DNA of 64,000 nt from Octopus vulgaris. Its lineage: Eukaryota. This document shows, in pieces, positions 51,180 through 63,101 of this stretch (its first letter is position 1; each line of letters opens with the position of its first letter). The notes under the pieces are model-generated. The model ran no database searches and was not told where the DNA came from. It saw only the letters and a program-made list of their open reading frames with translations. The stretch is from contig OX597814.1 in NCBI GenBank assembly GCA_951406725.2, forward strand, positions 137,206,001-137,270,000. The letters run 5' to 3'. The translations under genes and the position numbers were made by a program.

Positions 51180-51790
51180 TTCGGATCTTGGTAATTTTCC
51201 GAAAGTCCTCTCCCCACCTCAAGATTTTCCCCACAAATTACTTTATAATCGCAATGTATGCCTTTTGAAAGGTATTTCTATAAAATTTCATTGGAAAAAA
51301 ACCCCCATTTTCCTAAAAGTTACAAGGGAAAAACCCGGATCTTGTGAATTTTCCGAGGTACTCTCCCTACCCCCTTGGAAAAGGTTTTCTACACAAATGT
51401 CTTTATAATCGTAATGTATACCGTTTGAAAGGTATTTCTATAAAATTTCATTGGAAAAAAAAAACCCATTTTCCTAAAAGTTACAAGGGAAAAAACCCGG
51501 ATCTTGTGAATTTTCCGAGATACTCTCCCTACCCCCTTGGAAAAGGTTTTCTACACAAATGTCTTTATAATCGTAATGTATACCGTTTGAAAGGTATTTC
51601 TATAAAATTTCATTGGAAAAAACCCCCCATTTTCCTAAAAGTTACAAGGGAAAATCCCGAATCTTGTGAATTTTCCGAGGTACTCTCCCTACCCCCTTGG
51701 AAAAGGTTTTCTACACAAATGTCTTTATAATCATAATGTATACCGTTTGAAAGGTATTTCTATGAAATTTCATTGAAAAAAAACCCCCAT
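51180..51790. repeat. Tandem array, ~4 copies of a ~160-bp unit homologous to the subrepeats at 1-1345
   Basis: ggatcttgtgaattttccga...ctctccc recurs at ~160-bp spacing and at ~1244-1275. Confidence 0.88.
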
Positions 51791-52244
51791 CGGGTCAAGA
51801 TGTAAACATTAACCCTAAGTTTTCCAACTCACTACATTACATACGTGAGACCCTACTGTATGTATATATTATGCAGAAAGCTCAAGATTATTTTGTCATG
51901 ACTTAAGTTTTAATTCAGAGGGATCTTCTCCGAGACAAGCTAACGAGCACAAATCTACCCATCTTCCCAATGGACTTGCTCCTTTACTACCCCAAGTATA
52001 TCTAAGGACCCGTACTCAAATATCTTTTTTGTCTTGTTGCATTTCTTGCAACATACCTCGACTATAATTGTTATTGAACGGGCAACCTTCGTTACGATAA
52101 CAAAGTTTATAATAATAAATAAATAATGCAATAATATTCAACCCCCAAAACATTTTAAAATAACAATAAGAATTTTAATAGTTTAAAACGGACAACAATT
52201 TATATACTTAACAAGGTAACGTTTTTGCAAGAGAAGAATTTCTA

Positions 52245-52370
52245 AATACGTCACACCTATAAAAGGGAGAGTAGTATTTATTTGTATCATTGCAACGATT
52301 CTACCTCTGTTGGGAGTGTGTCGCGGTTATTTAAAATGGAGTTTACAAATTAGAAGACAGTTTTATTTTG
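52245..52370 (+). promoter_or_regulatory. Possible promoter / first non-coding exon of the third gene
   Basis: TACGTCAC, TATAAAAG (~52258) and AAAATGG motifs, then gtgaga at 52371 followed by T-rich intron-like DNA. Confidence 0.3.
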
Positions 52371-53101
52371 GTGAGAAATTTGCGTACTTTTTCGCCAGAT
52401 TTCAACGGATTTAATTTATTATATATGAAGTTCTGCTGGTATATATATTTATTTTTTTATCGTTTGTGTGTGTATTTGCAGTGGATATTGTTATTTGTCT
52501 TTAATAACGAAATATTCACTTATTAAACGACATTGTTTCTGTTTTGGCATATTTTGGATCTTTATTGTCGCTATATTGCATTTTTAAAAACTTGTTCCGT
52601 CGTTAAAAAATTCTTTCTGTCTCTTGTTATCTCAAACAGTATCATTATAAGATATTTCACTATCTGGTGTTAGTTGTTGATTCAACTAATTCTTATTTAA
52701 ATTTGGCTGCGGAGTTTGTATAATTCATTTAATAAACAAACGTATTATTTATATATATTTCACTAGCGAACGGAAATAGTCAAAAATGGCAAAAAAAACA
52801 AAACATACTTCATTTAAATGCTATATATAATTGTTGAAGTAAAACTTTAAGTTGCTTGTTAACTGACAATGCATAGACATATATACAATGAAAATACAAT
52901 CGTAAAATGGCATTATATATATGAGAAAAAAGGTCTAGTTTTATCCAATATCTTAAAACAGTGAAACACAAAATATTAATTCAGTCATGTACTGAAATGC
53001 ATGGTATTACTTACATATCTATGGCTTTTAGTGTCGAGATGAATGGTCCGACTGACATTACGAAAAAATCGGTTGACAGTCTTAATTGAGGCCGTCCTAT
53101 C

Positions 53102-53576
53102 CGCGAATTTTTTTCCCACGAGATTTTCGGACCCCAGTAATGAACTCATTTGCATACGGCCATTTAGAGCTTTTGATCTTGTTGCCAAGTCAACCAAGTA
53201 AACTCAAGACGAAGAACAGTGTTGTAAGTCGACCGATCGCCAAGTTATGTCTGATTTCAGAAGGAGACAAGTAATTAGATTTGCATCTCTACCTATTATC
53301 GGATTTTGTTAGGGCTCCATATGGTAAAGATGTGGATGGGGAAAATGTGGGTAGAGGGTGATGTGCTAGCAACTCTCTCCCTTTACAAAGTAAACAACAA
53401 CACAAATACCTACGCAGAGGCAGCCGTGGTTGAAACAAGAACAAGCATTATTAAAAGTGAAAAGAAACATGGTCATTCCTTGCCCAAGTGACCTTATCTT
53501 ATCTTATCGCCCATCACTTTTTATGCAAATGAGTTCATAACTGGGGTCCGGAACTCTCGTGGGAAAAATTTTCGCG
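53102..53576. mobile_element. MITE-like element with ~55-bp inverted arms
   Basis: cgcgaattt..cccacgag..ggaccccagtaatgaactcatttgcata versus tatgcaaatgagttcataactggggtcc..ctcgtggg..ttcgcg. Confidence 0.6.
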
Positions 53577-56500
53577 TCCTGTCCAGCAACACATAAGTTT
53601 CAATGACGTTCTTGTAAGATGCACGTAGCACCGACGAACTCTTTTTACTTAACCCATAAAGCACTGGGATTTGAACTTACATAGCATGGACTTCTGAGCA
53701 TATTTTATGAAAATGAGACTACCATGCACACATAAAAAACAAAAACAAAAATAGTTAAAATATCTTCTTAAAATATAATGGTACCAAGTTTTACATAATC
53801 TGAAAAATCATTAGTTGAACTATTAGTCCTCTTGCATTCTGGAGGGTATCAGAATGTTTGAGTGACATTAGACCCCAACAAACGCCCATAAATTAAATGT
53901 ATCTATCAGGACCATGATCGTCGCCTGTTGCACTTTGTGTTAAACTGTATTGCCAACAACATCGAACTTGATAATGGTGCTTACTGTCGCTTTTTTCATA
54001 CTGAAACTATTAAATAACACTTGACTGAGAGATACTGGTAACCGACGAGGTTGAAGAACTACCCTGCTTCACAAGTGTTGTTGGTACGAGTATTGCTGTT
54101 GTGTAGTCCCAAGCCAGTCCTTATCGAGTGGTCCTACAGAACAAGGGTAGTCTGATGAGAGACAAGGCTTGATCTTTGAGATCATCATCTTCACCATTAT
54201 ATCATACCATGTCACTGCCTAGATATATCACTTCTACATGAAGTGGTGAATCATAAGGCATGCAGTATGACAGTCTTGATATATTGCAATTTCATCTCTG
54301 TCTAATCCATTCCAGATTGTGATGGTTGTTGCAGCTGAGGTGAGCAAGAAGGACGGGGTTAAAGCACGACAGTTGTGACCCCTCCATTCATATTGTTGGT
54401 GGTGTGCACCTCAGCCCAGTGTTTGAAGCCAGTGACAGTATTAATGTTGCAGCTATTTCTGACAGTGTTTTTAGGATGTTGTAATGATCTGGGGTGTTGT
54501 GTAGTTTAAGTATTTGGAGGTAGCTGTCCATAGTAACTAGAACTAGGAGGACTGAAGCTAGCTACCGTTACAAAGTGTGTCCATTCGTTTGTCCAAATGA
54601 CATTTCATTTGTTTTTAGTATATTTGCTTTGTTATGCAGTTGGTCTGTGTACAAGAAGCATAGTGCACTGTTTTGTGTTCTTTGTAGTATGTTGTGATCA
54701 GGGCTAGCATAACCCAGTGTTCACCACTATTTATAGTATAGCAGGAATTTGAAACCAGCTGCTTGGTACTCATTTGGACACCACGAGTAAGCTACCATAT
54801 AAATCGACCACACTGTTCTAAAATAAAACTGCTTGTCCCTTATAAAAACCGTTTGACATGTTGCTTGGAGGATAGATGGCTAATAACCAGAGATTTGCAC
54901 AGATGACTTCATATATTTTTGAACTGACCACATGTTGTGACAAAGATAGCTTTCTATAATTTCAGAGCAGTTTTTCTCTCTCTCTCCCAGCCAGCAATTA
55001 TTAATATTGTTCATTGTAAACAGCCAGCACCATACATCTTTATTTCCAGCAATAAATATTCATTTAAATGTTTGTATGTTTACATCAGTTATTATTCATA
55101 CAGCCAAAGAAATACATCTTCATTGGCTAGCTCAACTTGAGGGACTTCTAGCACCCAGCAACAAAAGCTTTTTCTGTTGGCTAAGTATGGTATTTGTGAT
55201 TGTTCTGTGCATGGTTTTGTTCTATTTACTGTGTTTTCTATGTGTGTTGTGAATGTTGTGGAGGAATTCTAAGTTGAAGTATTTTTGTTTTCTCTTTTGT
55301 GTATTATATTCATGCTGTTGAGTGCAGAGTTTGGTTCTCTGTTGCTCGTATGAAAGAAGACACTAGATTTGGTAGGTGCTGCATTAAGTTCCTTATGGAA
55401 ATTGTTTTCTATGATTTAAATAGATTGTAGTGGTTGTGCTACAGTATCAGGGGAAAGATAGGAAGATGTTTGGTACTGTGAGAGGATGGATCCTTGTGAT
55501 ACTTCATTGCAACTGAGTTGAATAATTTGATGAATGAATTTAGACAATCCAATTATTTTTTAACTCACGCAAATACATAACTACACACATGCACTATGAC
55601 AGGTACACACACACACACATCCTTCTACGTTTTCATCATTTCTTATATGAGCATTTGAGTAAATATATCTGTTAATTCTTGTTATAAAAGATGTCCCATG
55701 GCTCAATGGTTAGAGCATTGGGCTCACAATCATGAGGCAGTGAGTTCAATTCCTTGACTGGACTGTGTGTTGTGTCCCTGAGCAAGACACTTTATTTCAC
55801 ATTGCTCCAGTTCACTCAGCTGTTGAAATAAGTTGTGATGTCACTGGGGTAAAGCTGTATCAGCCTTTGCCTTTCCCTTGAATAATATCAGTGGTGTGGT
55901 GAGGGGAGGCTGGTATACATGGGTGACTGCTGATCTTCCATAACAACCTTACTTGGACTTGTGCTTCGGAGGGTAACTTTCTAGGGGCAATCCCATGGTC
56001 ATTCATTACTGAAGGGGGTCTTTATACAACTAAACTTTTGCGTTTTGTTGAGGTGAAGGAAGATCATGTAAGCAGATGAGAGGATAGATCCTTGTGATAT
56101 TCCATTTGGGAAATTGCAGATTCTGGATGTGTTGTTTTTATGTACTGCATAAGCTTGGTTGCTAAACAAGTAGTTTGCTAGCCAGCATTTTGTATTGATT
56201 TTTTCAAAGTATTATCTCTTATATGAACAGATAGCTGGAAATGTAAAAAAAAAAAGTTTTGTTGATGTCAGTGGTAGTTGTGTGTGTGAGAGGCTTTTTT
56301 ATTGAAGTGATTGTATATTTCTTTTGTCTTAAATTTGCATACTAGTGGTTGTTGAGTGAAGTGGACTGAATCTTTAATTTGGAGAGGAGTTGTGTGGAGT
56401 AGCGATCTCAAAGATTGACCTTTCTAGAACATTCAAGGCAATGTGTATAGAGAGTGATGTGTCTGTTTGATGTTATTTCACTTCAGTACTCTGAAATGTA

Positions 56501-57157
56501 GTAAACAACTTTTGTAACATGCTTCAGGCTCTGACTCTATCCAATCAATGATGGCCATTTCACTACATAATTTGTGTCTCTTTCATGACAGTCTCTCTCT
56601 TTCTCTCTCTCTCCATATTCTTCAAATGGCAATTTGGCTCATACAGAGATATGGTCAAGTACACAACTCTGTAATGTGGTTGGTGATAGAAAGGACATTG
56701 AATTATTGAAACCAAACTAAAACTGAAACATGATCATGGGAAGCAACTCCAAATATGAATTGACTTGTACCATGACAACCTGTACTAGCATGGAATATGA
56801 ATGCAAAAATAATGATGATCATAGTGTCAGCTTGAAGGAAATTTCATGTGACTGTTTTTGTCATTATTTTCAGCCAATCAAAATTGCTACTTTGGCATGT
56901 TCATGCCCCTCAAAAGTTTCAATTGGAGCCTAGTAAAATCTTATGAAAAGAACATGTCTTTTATCAATGCAACTAAATATTTGCAGAACAAATATACACA
57001 ATATGATTTTTGAACTCTTACAAATAAAAAACTGCTGGCGTAAATTATTTTGTACTTTTATTATTTCTTAGCTGAAATACTTTGCGTAAAAATTTTGTGA
57101 ATATGAAATCTGTCTATCCTTGTGAATATAAACAATGTATGCAAACATCATGTAGAG

Positions 57158-58480
57158 CAGTGGTTCTCAACTGGGGTCCATATGTATGGCCCTTGGAAGT
57201 CCATATAATATTTTGGGGCTAAAACGTACGTGCATTAAGATGGTTATACTTCTACAATACACAAGATATGTTAATAATTTTTAAAAATACAATTCCTAAT
57301 AATATTTAATTATAAAAATATCTCTTTTACTCTTTACTCTTTTACTTGTTTCAGTCATTTGACTGTGGCCATGCTGGAGTACTGCCTTTAGTCGAGCAAA
57401 TCGACCCCAGGATTTATTCTATCAGTCACTTTTGCTGAACCACTAAGTTATGGGTACGTAAACACACAAGCATCGGTTGTCAAGCGATGTTGGGGGGACA
57501 AACACAGGCATACAAACATATATGCGCACACATACGCATACATATACACATATACACATACATATATATATATACTAACAATATAGGATGAAGTCCCTTT
57601 CTCTACAGAAAAGGATTCCATCAAAAAGCGTGGCAGTATATTAAAAAAAACCTTTACGGTTGAAGTATAAACATCTTATAATTAAGAGCTAAAGAAGGTT
57701 ATTCTAAAGCCAATACACTGATTTATCCACTTGTTACAGGAAAATTGAACTGAAAGCGGGCAACTAACCTTTAGAAAATTTAAATTTTGTTATCTCTATA
57801 TTGAATCAATTTCGGAATTAATCCCTATAAAGGATACATAAAGAATGTATCCTTTATAGGGATTAATTCCGAAATTGATTCAATATAGAGATAACAAAAT
57901 TTAAATTTTCTAAAGGTTAGTTGCCCGCTTTCAGTTCAATTTTCCTGTAACAAGTGGATAAATCAGTGTATTGGCTTTAGAATAACCTTCTTTAGCCCTT
58001 AATTATAAGATATATCATCATCATCATCATCATCATCATTTAGTGTCCGTTTTCCATGCTAGCATGGGTTGGACGGTTCAACTGGGGTCTGTGAAGCCGG
58101 AAGGCTTCATCAGGCCCAGTCAGATCTGGCAGTGTTTCTACGGCCTGATGCCCTTCCTAACGCCAACCACTCCGTGAGTGTAGTGGGTGCTTTTTATATA
58201 TATACATACATATATATGACGGGCTTCTTTCAGTTTCCGTCTACCAAATCCACTCACAAGGCTTTGGTTAGCCCGAGGCTACAGTAGAAGACACTTGCCC
58301 AAGGTGCCACGCAGTGGGACTGAACCCAGAACCATGTGGTTGGTAAGCTAGCTACCTACCACACAGCCACTCCTACGCCTATATAATAGGGTTTTTAAAA
58401 CATTGAATGGCTATGAGGGTCCATCTGAGTAAAACAGGAATCTAAGGAGTCTATACACAAAAAACAATTGAGAAACACTG
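57158..58480. mobile_element. hAT-type MITE containing a nested SINE, palindrome and LINE tail
   Basis: CAGTGGTTCTCAA ... TTGAGAAACACTG termini; 8-bp flanks ATGTAGAG / GTGTAGAA. Confidence 0.65.
57673..58011. repeat. Near-perfect palindrome: 167-bp arms, 5-nt loop, one mismatch
   Basis: 57673-57839 pairs with 57845-58011; only mismatch found by eye is A57687/C57997. Confidence 0.95.
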
Positions 58481-59609
58481 GTGTAGAAGAATGTTTTATG
58501 AAAGCTGATGTTATTTTTAAGTTGTGCTATATTTTTTAATCCCTTGTTCTGTTTTGGCCCATTTTAATTATCTTAATCTTCTTAACAGAATGAAAGGTCT
58601 TGATATATTTCATCGTAATCACTTATTTTATTAAAAACTTGTGATAATTCTGGCTTTTAGCTTCTGGAAATATGATAGTGTTTGTTTGTACCATTAGTTA
58701 TAGATGGTAGTGTGTGCAGCTATTTCTTCAGACCCTAAGTGTTTGATTGTACTGGATTGCTCATGTTCAGTGTTCTGCAGGTTGAAGGCATCAGCATGTT
58801 CTCTTTACTCAACCACATTCTGATGTGCATGTGTTTGACCCATATTTTTAGCTTCTTTTATCTTTTACTTGTTTCAGCCATTTGACTGTGGCCATGCTGG
58901 GACATTGTCTTGAAGAATTTTTAGTCAAATGAATCAACCTCTGTACTTTTCTTTTTTAGCCTAGTACTTATTCTATTGACCGCTTTTGCTGAACTACCAA
59001 GTTACAGAGACATAAACACACCAACACCGGTTGTTAAGCAGTGGTGGGGGACAAATACAGACACAAAGACCAGCATGGCCACAGTCAAATGACTAAAACA
59101 TGTAAAAGATGAAAAATAAAAGAAAGTTAGGATTGTAAGGAATTTAATAAAGAAGTCCTTATTAAAGATAAGTCCTCTGTCCTGTTTTATACATTATAGT
59201 CTTCAAAGCAATAACTTGGAGTCTCAAGAATCTTTATATGCTGATGGGTTTATTTTGATACCAGAATTTATGAAAGAACAGTGGAAAAGATTCCAAACCA
59301 GGAAGAATTGTCTAGAGTTGTAGAACTTAAAGGTTAACTTTGCAAGGCCTCAAGCACTGATTAGTAACAAAAGAGTATTAAATCTCAAGACTATCTGGGA
59401 AGTACCCATGCCAGATAAGGAAGGAGTAGTCAAGCAAATTTGTTCATCATAACTTAATCTTTATCTTTTCCAGGTCTTGCATAAGTTAGATGGATTTTGT
59501 TGCGGCAGATTTTCTACAGCTGGATGCCTTTCCTGTCATAACCTTCATTTTCCAAAATTTTCTTTTTTTTTTTTTCTTTTTCTTTTCACTCTATAGAAAC
59601 TCTAGAAAT

Positions 59610-59714
59610 ATGTCATCAAACACAGATCAAAAGATGAAGAAACCTGATGAAGATGTGGTTTCAAAACCACAACCTCAAAACAATGATAAACTGAGCACTA
59701 GTCCAAAATCTCTC
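59610..59714 (+). CDS. Unidentified gene, probable first coding exon (MSSNTDQKMKKPDEDVVSKPQPQNNDKLSTSPKSL)
   Basis: Long polypyrimidine tract plus ctatag acceptor (exon starts 59597), ATG 59610, donor gtaagt, phase 0. Confidence 0.65.
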
Positions 59715-60203
59715 GTAAGTATGCTACTTAAACAACTGAATATTATTTCATTAATATTAAATATACTTCAGAGCTAGATAAAACTAAATCAAGGAGGTCT
59801 GCTTCAAAAAGGACTATATCCTGGAAATAACTGCAAGAGTGACAGACATGCACTTCATCACTTTTGTGACTTGTCGATGCCACACACTTGTCTCTTCCTA
59901 CATAAAAACATCTCAGCCAGTCTGAGGTATGTAGAGTCAGTGAATAAACAATTCACTGGTTTTATAGAGATGATACAAGGCTGAATAAAATTCAAATTTT
60001 GCATTCGAAGCATCTCTAGATTAAAATTTTTATTTATATGATATACTTTAACACATATATATATTTGGTCAAATCAGCATGTGAAACCATTAATCCAGAT
60101 GCATATTTTTTTCTCTTGCCATTTTTTTCCCTCTCTCCATTGCTTTCTCTCCTCATTCCTTTCTGTAAAGAGCACACAGTAGTGGTCAAAAGTTTGGAAC
60201 ATA

Positions 60204-61631
60204 CTGAGGTTGGACAAAATAATGGAAGCACCTTAAAATTTCAAACAGATATATTTTAACATGGGTTAGGACCACCTTTGGCAGTAATTACAGCTTGAAT
60301 TCTACGAGGTATGGACTCGTACAAAGTTTGAATTGTTTTCAAAGGAATTTTTGTCTATTCTTCAGCTAAAACAGTCTCCAGTTCTTGTAGTGATGATGGT
60401 GGAGGATATTGACTCCTTACTTGTTTTTCTAAATTGCAACATAAATGTTCAATAATATTGAGATCTGGGGACTGTGGTGGCCAGATAATATGTTCAACTT
60501 CACTAGAATGTTCCTTGTGCCATTCAGTAACAACTTTATCTGTGTGAATTGGTGTGTAGCGAGGCACAAAGAAGCCAGCACCATTTTGAAACAGCAAGAT
60601 CTCACCTACAACCATTATTGAAGGAAGACATCAACATTTTCCCTCTCATTCTTCTCACGTTGATACCGAGCAAGATTTTGAAGCCAGGAGCTCACTGGAC
60701 TTTTGTCCTGCTGTGATACCACATGTATTGTCTCTGGAGGTTATTGAACCTCATGTGTATGAGAGAGAAGGCTAACTACGCACTGCTGTGAAGATGGTTA
60801 CTGAAAGTAAACCCCTTGTACAAAGCACCTGTGAATAAATGGTTATTGAATTTACTCCATCTGAGAACTTCATTCTTTGTATTTCCAGCTACTTGAATCA
60901 ATAGAATAATTATGATAAAGAAGATACCCCAAAAGTATCGTGAAAACCTTCGTTCCATTATAGGTGCATTTTCATCCTGAAAGATTGTATTTCCCTCTGG
61001 AAATAGTTCTGCAACCATAGGATGAATTTGATCCGATAAAATGCTTAAATAGCCTTGACTATTAATTCTGCCATAAAAGGAAACCATTGGGCTAGTGGAT
61101 TTCCAAAATATAGCCCCCCCCCCCCGATCATCACAGATCCTCCTCCATGTTTAACAGTTGGAAGAAGGCAGTGGAAACTGGGTTCTCAAGGTGGTCATTA
61201 AGCTCTGCAGTAATTTGGGGAGCTGTACTTTTGTGATCCTTTCTAACAATTGACAAAAGAGTCTAATGGTCCCTATCTGAAAGTTTTGGTTTTCTTCTGG
61301 AGTTTTGTTTCGACAAAGAGGTTTTTCCCTCTTTCTCAAAGGCTGTCATTATTTTTGATACAGTACTACTTGATACACCAAACATTTTAACTGTTTTCAT
61401 TATGCTAGCACCCACAGTTTGACCTCTTTGAAAGTCTGACAGATCTTTCATTTTAAGGAATTTTAACTACCTTTTTCTGATAATATCTGAAAGAAACAAC
61501 AATTTTAGCTTAATATATTAAGCAACACTAATATTAAATCAAAAAACATTAAAATAAACAAGTTTTTGGCAGTTTTATAGATATTCCAAAATTATGATGC
61601 TAGGTGTTTCCATTATTTTGTCCAACCCCTG
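60204..61631 (-). mobile_element. Tc1-like transposon with pseudogenised transposase
   Basis: TIR (CAGGG)GTTGGACAAAATAATGGAA.CACC at both ends, TA TSDs; MKDLSDFQRGQ, FQDENAPIH, WPPQSPDLNIIEHL. Confidence 0.9.
60555..60962. mobile_element. Probable solo LTR inserted in the Tc1 transposase
   Basis: 408-bp insert splitting NAP|IH, GGTG TSD (60551-60554, 60963-60966), starts TGTAGCG, internal AATAAA at 60834. Confidence 0.6.
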
Positions 61632-61965
61632 TAGGTCTGGAAATTAGAATTTTTATATCAAATGCCCAAATATGTGCATTGTATATATTTGAATCGAACT
61701 GTACTTGGGCATAACAATTTTGATTTAAAAAAAAAGTTCCAAACTTTTGGCCATGACTTTAGGCTTGAAACCTGAAAGATTCTTCCATTTTTCCTGAGTA
61801 TCAAATAATATACCTTGTTTGTTGTTCCTTCACTTGTTTCTGTCTTCTGTTTTTTGTATTTTGTACAATTTGAAATATAAACACACACATACAAATATAA
61901 ACACACATACATACATTGTTTTAAAAAATATCTTTCATCCTTCCGTTTCTTATATTTAACACTAG

Positions 61966-62052
61966 TTGAAACAAATTGCCAAGATAAATGAAACACTACC
62001 ACCAAGTCAACCAGATGATTCTCCCACAATCCATTTTGTACCCTTACAAACG
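61966..62052 (+). CDS. Unidentified gene, next exon (LKQIAKINETLPPSQPDDSPTIHFVPLQT)
   Basis: actag/gtaagt boundaries, 87 nt, open in phase 0. Confidence 0.6.
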
Positions 62053-63013
62053 GTAAGTTTTTCTTTGCAACTAATTTTAATAATACATTGAGAGGCTGGT
62101 GAGGGGGAGAAGGTACAGTGTTTATTGCCATTTAGGTCTTCTTAGACTAGGGTAATAAGAAACTCCATTAGCATAACTAATTTCACTTCAGATCAGCACC
62201 AACAAACTTATCTTCCATCTATCTAGCCATATGATGCATACTAATATGCAGCTTGTAACATATTTTGCAACAAGAACCAAACTGTACTGTCTTCCTATCT
62301 TTATTACTTTCAGAATATGCCTCACTCAAATTAATCTCACTTCAAATGATGACTCACATTACATAAAAACAAAGGCACATTATTACAGTCAATTAAAAAT
62401 TACACCATCATTCAACACTATTTTGCAAGTTTGTTTCTTTACTTTTTAGCATTGATGTTACTTTGTCAAATGTAAAGCTTGTTTATGCACATTGTTTTGA
62501 ATTAATTATGCATTATCTTGTCACTTCGAGATTTTGATGATATGGTTGTTTATTTTTAAAATGACATTGTAGGGTAGATGTGAGAGACTGGATATAGCCA
62601 GTTTGAGCATAAAATGGGTAGAATATTTTGGCTGGATATGCTGGATTAAATGCTAAAGGGTTAAAGAAATTAGTACATTTATCACGCAATGCATTTCAAA
62701 TGAATATTTTTATAAATTCAAGGTTATGCTATTGTTCTATACATTTATTATTATTCTAAGTGCAGGTTAACATGATTAATGGAGTAATCAAAAATGCATT
62801 TTTAATCAATTGAAATCATACTGTAATGAGAAGAAGCAAGGGAAAGAAATGTGAAAGTCATTAGCATTAATGAAAGTTCATTTCAAAGGGGTCAAATCAT
62901 GGGTATAATACCACATCATAAAAATTTGTTTCGGCTCACTATATTATGTTGGTCTGCATGTAATTCCATTACTCATGTAGAAGGCTCAAGAAATTTCTCT
63001 GTTTATATTCCAG

Positions 63014-63101
63014 TCTCAGAAAGGATACTCTCGACGAAGTTCTGGAATACTTGCAACAGTAAATACACCCAAAACACTTATACAGAGGTTTCTAGATGAA
63101 G
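63014..63101 (+). CDS. Unidentified gene, next exon (SQKGYSRRSSGILATVNTPKTLIQRFLDE); gene probably continues beyond the window
   Basis: ttccag/gtaagt boundaries, open in phase 0. Confidence 0.62.

Noticed and set aside
51344-51730. 128-aa ORF with internal repeats
   Set aside because: Translation of the ~160-bp tandem repeat; units shift frame.
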